DNA from: an uncultured Coprobacillus sp. | GTDB lineage: Bacteria; Bacillota_I; Bacilli_A; RFN20; CAG-826 | Assembly: GCA_964583155.1 (NCBI GenBank) | Contig: CAZOUY010000005.1 | Span: forward strand, 7,698-71,697 | Length of the DNA: 64,000 bases | Direction: 5' to 3' | Shown here: one piece after another, positions 60,489-64,000 of the stretch | Layout of the letters: every line of letters starts with the position of its first letter | How positions within the stretch are numbered: position 1 is the first letter of the stretch | Notes under the pieces: generated by a model | Told to the model about the DNA's origin: nothing | The model's input: the letters and a program-made list of their open reading frames with translations, nothing else | Databases searched by the model: none | Translations under genes and position numbers: made by a program

Positions 60489-63400
60489 AATCCCTCAAAA
60501 AAATAAAAATTATTAATTGGCATTATTTTTGGAATGAAACGATCAATATCGAGCCCATCGTTTTTCTTACCGGCTTAAACGCCTCAGGTAAATCCACTTT
60601 AATCGATGCGATGCAGGTTATTCTTTTAGGCGATACCAGCGGTCGTTTCTTTAATAAAGCCGCCACTGAGAAATCGTCGAGAACCTTAAAGGGGTATCTA
60701 AGAGGTGAATTAGGCGATGCTGAAGACGGAGGCTTTAAATATCTTCGTAATGGAAGATTTACCTCTTATATCGCGATGGAATTCTATGATGATTATCATG
60801 ATTCCTCCTTTACGTTAGGTATTGTTTTTGATTTATTCGCGGATGGTAGTGAAGAGCATCGTTTCTTCTTATTGGAGGATAAAATCCCGGAAAATGAATT
60901 TGTGAGCAACAATGTTCCGATGGAATACAAGGCTCTTAATTCCTTCTTTAGCGAGACCTATCCGGGAAAGTTTAAATTCTTAGATTCCAATCGTCAATAT
61001 CAAGATCTGCTGAAGCGCAAATTCGGCGGCTTGAAGGACAAGTATTTCTCTCTTTTTAAAAAGGCGGTTTCCTTTTCGCCGATCACCAATATCGAGACCT
61101 TTATTACGGAATATGTCTGCGACGCTCAGACGAATATCAATATCGATTCCATGCAGGCCAATATTTTGCAATACAAGAAATTGCAAACTGAGGCCATGGT
61201 CATGTCGATGCGGATTGAAAGATTGACAGCGATCGAGCAGGCATACAAATCGTATCTTGAGCAAAAGGAAGCTCTCTCCTTATATAGCTATATTATCGAA
61301 AGAGCGGAATATCAAAACGATCTCAATCGGTTATCTTCATATAATGAGCAGGTGAGCAGAGCTCAATCGCGCTTACAGGAAATCGATGAAGAAATATTGG
61401 ATGTGGACGAAGAAATTCGCGAATTTTATCGAAAGAAGGAAAAATTGACCTCCGATAAATTGACCTCCAACACTTATCGCTTGACCGATGAATTATGGGA
61501 AGAAAAGCGGAAAACCGAAGCTCAATTAGCGAGCTTATCCCGTGATATCCAAAGCGTTATCAATAATTTAGGCCATTACGCCGATTCCTATATTCTTAAG
61601 GCGACGGCCATGGTTGACCTTTTGCATCAATTTGATTACTCAATAATGAGTAAAGATAACAAAGCGGAAATCGAAGAGCTCGAAAGCATCGCTTTGAAGG
61701 TCATCCGCTTATCAACGCAATTAAAGGATGAGCATTTAGTGCATATTGAGCTTTTGACGACCTCCGTTTTAAATGAATGGCGCGAGAGTCTTAGCCATTT
61801 CAAAGCCCAGGTCAACGCTTTGAATATTTCGTTAGGAAAAACGATTCATAGCCTTGAGCAAAAAACCGCCCTTCTTCGTCAACAGGAGGTCGATATGCGC
61901 AATGGCGGAAAATCCTATGAACGAAGCTTATCCTACATTCGACAAGAATTAGCCGCGGAGCTTCGACGTCGACACGGACATGAGATTGAGGTTGCTATTT
62001 TTGCTGATTTAATCGATATCAAGACCCCATTATGGACCAATGCCATTGAAGGATTTTTGCATAACCAAAAATTCAATCTTTTCGTCGATCCGCAATACTA
62101 TTTTGAAGCGCATGAAATCGTCCGTGATTTGATGAATAAAACGGGCTACTATATGACGACCTTGGTCGACCAAGCCAAAATCATCGAGCGTCGCTTTGTC
62201 GCCGAAAAGGGCTCTTTGGCGGAGGAAATTTCCACGGATCACGAGGGTGCACGTGGCTATACCAATTTCTTGATCGGCCATCTGAAAAAATGTCGGACGG
62301 TGCAGGAAGCCCGTGAGAGTGGCAATGGTATAACGGCCAATTGTGATCTATATCGTAATTTCGCTTTATCGACGCTTAACCCACGTTTCTATACACCGGC
62401 CTATATCGGTCGAAAAGTCGGTCAAGAGCAGATCGATGCGAAGCATCTTGAAGTGACCAATAATCAAAAATTATGTGAAGATTATCGTCAGCTTTATCGA
62501 ATTGTCGGTGAGGCTAATGATTTAGAGGTGATCAACGCCTATGAAATTCAATCTTCCTTAGCGGTTCTTGAGAAAGCCGGCGATGTCCAAGGTCTCCATG
62601 AGACCCTTGATTACATTGAAAGCGAATTGGAAAAGCACGATCTTTCGCAAATTAAGACCTTTGATCAACGGATTCATGATATTGAAGAGGATATTAAAGG
62701 CTTGGAGAATGATCGATCGACGCTTTTTGAAGAGAAGGGTCGCCTTAATTCGCAAATCAAAGCTCTTCAAGAGGAAAAAATTCCAGAAGAGGAAGCGCGA
62801 GCCGAGGAAAGAAAGAAACGCTTGGAGGATAATTACGATGGCTTCTTTGTGGATGAAAAGGCCGCTCCGCTTTTCCAACAATTGCTATTGGAGAATAAGA
62901 CGACTCTTGAGATCGTTTCGGAATATAAGGTTAAATTATCCAAGGCCCAATATTTGCAACAGAATTTTTATGCGGAATTGGTTAAATTGCGGAAGGACTA
63001 TATTCGCGATTACCGTTTGAGCTATGATGCCGAAACCAAGGACAATGATGTCTATGATCAAGAATTATTGGAAATGCGCGATGTCAAATTACCGCAATAT
63101 CAAATAGCGATCACGGATGCCTATGAAAAGGCCACCAAGCAATTCAAGGATGACTTTATCAATAAATTAAAAACGGCCATTGAGTCGGTCGAAACGCAAA
63201 TTGATGAGCTTAATATCGCTTTGAGCGCATCGACCTTCGGAAATGATTCTTATCGCTTTATTGTCCGGCCATCGCAGGAATATCGCCGCTATTACGATAT
63301 GATTAAGGATGATCTGTTATTAGAAGTCGGGGAAGATGATTCGGCCTTTATCAATAAATACGAAGAAGTGATGAATGATCTCTTCCGTCAGATCGTCGAT

Positions 63401-63868
63401 GTCGGCGAGCATGGTGATCGGCAAAGTGCCGTTTTGGCCAATGTTGAAAAATTTACGGATTATCGCTCCTATTTGGAATTCGATTTAATCGTGAAGAATC
63501 GTGATGGCGTGGAGCAACGCTTATCCAAGACCTTACGTAAGAAATCGGGAGGCGAAACGCAGACGCCGTTCTACATTTCCGTTTTGGCTTCCTTTGCCCA
63601 GTTATATCGTGTTAACGAAAAAGGAGAGCTCGGCAATTCCTTCCGACTGATCATTTTCGATGAGGCCTTTTCTAAAATGGATCGAGGCCGTATTAAAGAA
63701 TCGATTCGACTTCTCCGTAAATTTGGGCTTCAGGCCATTCTTTCAGCACCTTCTGATAAGGTCGCCGATATTTCGGAATTGGTGGATGAAACCCTTGTCG
63801 TTTTGCATGACAAAAATACGTCACGCGTGCGTCTATACGCGGAGGAACAAAAAATTACGAGTAAATAA
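60485..63868 (+). CDS. JetC/MksB-like SMC-family ATPase (1127 aa)
   Basis: N-terminal Walker A LTGLNASGKSTLIDAMQVILLGDTS, long coiled-coil arms, and a C-terminal ABC signature SGGETQ plus Walker B LIIFDEAFSKMD. An ATGA start/stop overlap joins it to the upstream gene. Confidence 0.65.
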   Translation: MKSLKKIKIINWHYFWNETINIEPIVFLTGLNASGKSTLIDAMQVILLGDTSGRFFNKAATEKSSRTLKGYLRGELGDAEDGGFKYLRNGRFTSYIAMEFYDDYHDSSFTLGIVFDLFADGSEEHRFFLLEDKIPENEFVSNNVPMEYKALNSFFSETYPGKFKFLDSNRQYQDLLKRKFGGLKDKYFSLFKKAVSFSPITNIETFITEYVCDAQTNINIDSMQANILQYKKLQTEAMVMSMRIERLTAIEQAYKSYLEQKEALSLYSYIIERAEYQNDLNRLSSYNEQVSRAQSRLQEIDEEILDVDEEIREFYRKKEKLTSDKLTSNTYRLTDELWEEKRKTEAQLASLSRDIQSVINNLGHYADSYILKATAMVDLLHQFDYSIMSKDNKAEIEELESIALKVIRLSTQLKDEHLVHIELLTTSVLNEWRESLSHFKAQVNALNISLGKTIHSLEQKTALLRQQEVDMRNGGKSYERSLSYIRQELAAELRRRHGHEIEVAIFADLIDIKTPLWTNAIEGFLHNQKFNLFVDPQYYFEAHEIVRDLMNKTGYYMTTLVDQAKIIERRFVAEKGSLAEEISTDHEGARGYTNFLIGHLKKCRTVQEARESGNGITANCDLYRNFALSTLNPRFYTPAYIGRKVGQEQIDAKHLEVTNNQKLCEDYRQLYRIVGEANDLEVINAYEIQSSLAVLEKAGDVQGLHETLDYIESELEKHDLSQIKTFDQRIHDIEEDIKGLENDRSTLFEEKGRLNSQIKALQEEKIPEEEARAEERKKRLEDNYDGFFVDEKAAPLFQQLLLENKTTLEIVSEYKVKLSKAQYLQQNFYAELVKLRKDYIRDYRLSYDAETKDNDVYDQELLEMRDVKLPQYQIAITDAYEKATKQFKDDFINKLKTAIESVETQIDELNIALSASTFGNDSYRFIVRPSQEYRRYYDMIKDDLLLEVGEDDSAFINKYEEVMNDLFRQIVDVGEHGDRQSAVLANVEKFTDYRSYLEFDLIVKNRDGVEQRLSKTLRKKSGGETQTPFYISVLASFAQLYRVNEKGELGNSFRLIIFDEAFSKMDRGRIKESIRLLRKFGLQAILSAPSDKVADISELVDETLVVLHDKNTSRVRLYAEEQKITSK

Positions 63869-63875
63869 TTTAAAA

Positions 63876-63908
63876 ACGCCGGTCCTTTTTTGGTCGGCGT
63901 TTCTAAGT
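63876..63908 (+). terminator. GC-rich hairpin terminator after the SMC-like gene
   Basis: AACGCCGG...TTTTTT...CGGCGTT stem-loop. Confidence 0.4.
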
Positions 63909-63933
63909 TCATTATAAAATTTAAGGAGGCATT

Positions 63934-64000
63934 ATGAAAAAAGAGATTGTGGCAATGTTATTGGCAGGAGGCAAGGGAACGCGTCTTGAATCCCTGACGC
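63934..64000 (+). CDS. glgC: Glucose-1-phosphate adenylyltransferase, 5' fragment (continues beyond the window)
   Basis: MKKEIVAMLLAGGKGTRLESLT. An AAGGAGG RBS precedes it. Confidence 0.6.
   Translation, partial: MKKEIVAMLLAGGKGTRLESLT

Noticed and set aside
62568-63020. A 150-aa Arg/Lys-rich ORF in an alternative plus frame, and a minus-strand ORF at 62558-62881, both inside the SMC-like gene.
   Set aside because: Both are frame artifacts of the charged coiled-coil coding region of the JetC/MksB-like gene.
63934-64000. Considered whether the gene after the SMC-like ATPase could be the missing JetD.
   Set aside because: Its N-terminus (MLLAGGKGTRL) is the nucleotidyltransferase motif of GlgC glucose-1-phosphate adenylyltransferase, not a DUF2220/Toprim protein. 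A hairpin terminator separates it from the cluster.

Overview
This is a 64-kb chromosomal segment from a low-GC Gram-positive genome, Firmicutes-like and possibly Erysipelotrichia- or Acholeplasma-related. It uses the standard genetic code (TGG encodes Trp; TGA and TAA act as stops), and coding density is above 90%.

Most of the window is conserved housekeeping:
- yigZ and an Mrp/ApbC ATPase, an Xaa-Pro aminopeptidase, amylomaltase and glycerol kinase.
- The helicase-nuclease genes addB-addA.
- A three-gene ABC transporter operon on the minus strand.
- A complete F0F1 ATP synthase operon, atpI-BEFHAGDC.
- ppa, a transaldolase-family gene, trmL and an rqcH-like gene.
- gmk-priA followed by RsmB-like, rlmN, stp, stk, rsgA and rpe genes, then rpmB.

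Several accessory or unusual elements are embedded in this backbone:
1. A 4.8-kb single gene (42787-47607) encodes a 1606-aa protein. It has roughly 23 near-identical Sel1-like 36-aa repeats, a TIR domain with its catalytic Glu intact, a NACHT (STAND) NTPase and a short helical C-terminus. This is a candidate single-gene NLR-like anti-phage system with an inverted domain order, wedged between rqcH and gmk.
2. A three-gene SMC-like cluster (58448-63868) has JetA/MksF-like, JetB/MksE-like and JetC/MksB-like genes. No JetD follows before glgC.
3. An ECF sigma factor and anti-sigma pair sits beside a lipoprotein that is paralogous to the anti-sigma ectodomain.
4. An IS200/COG1943-like Y1 transposase fold has lost its HuH histidines and is fused to a DnaA_C-like helix-turn-helix.
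5. An RsmB paralog lacks both catalytic cysteines and the SAM-binding motif.
6. A block of large secreted proteins and lipoproteins ends in a 5'-nucleotidase lipoprotein.

No rRNA, tRNA or CRISPR arrays were seen.
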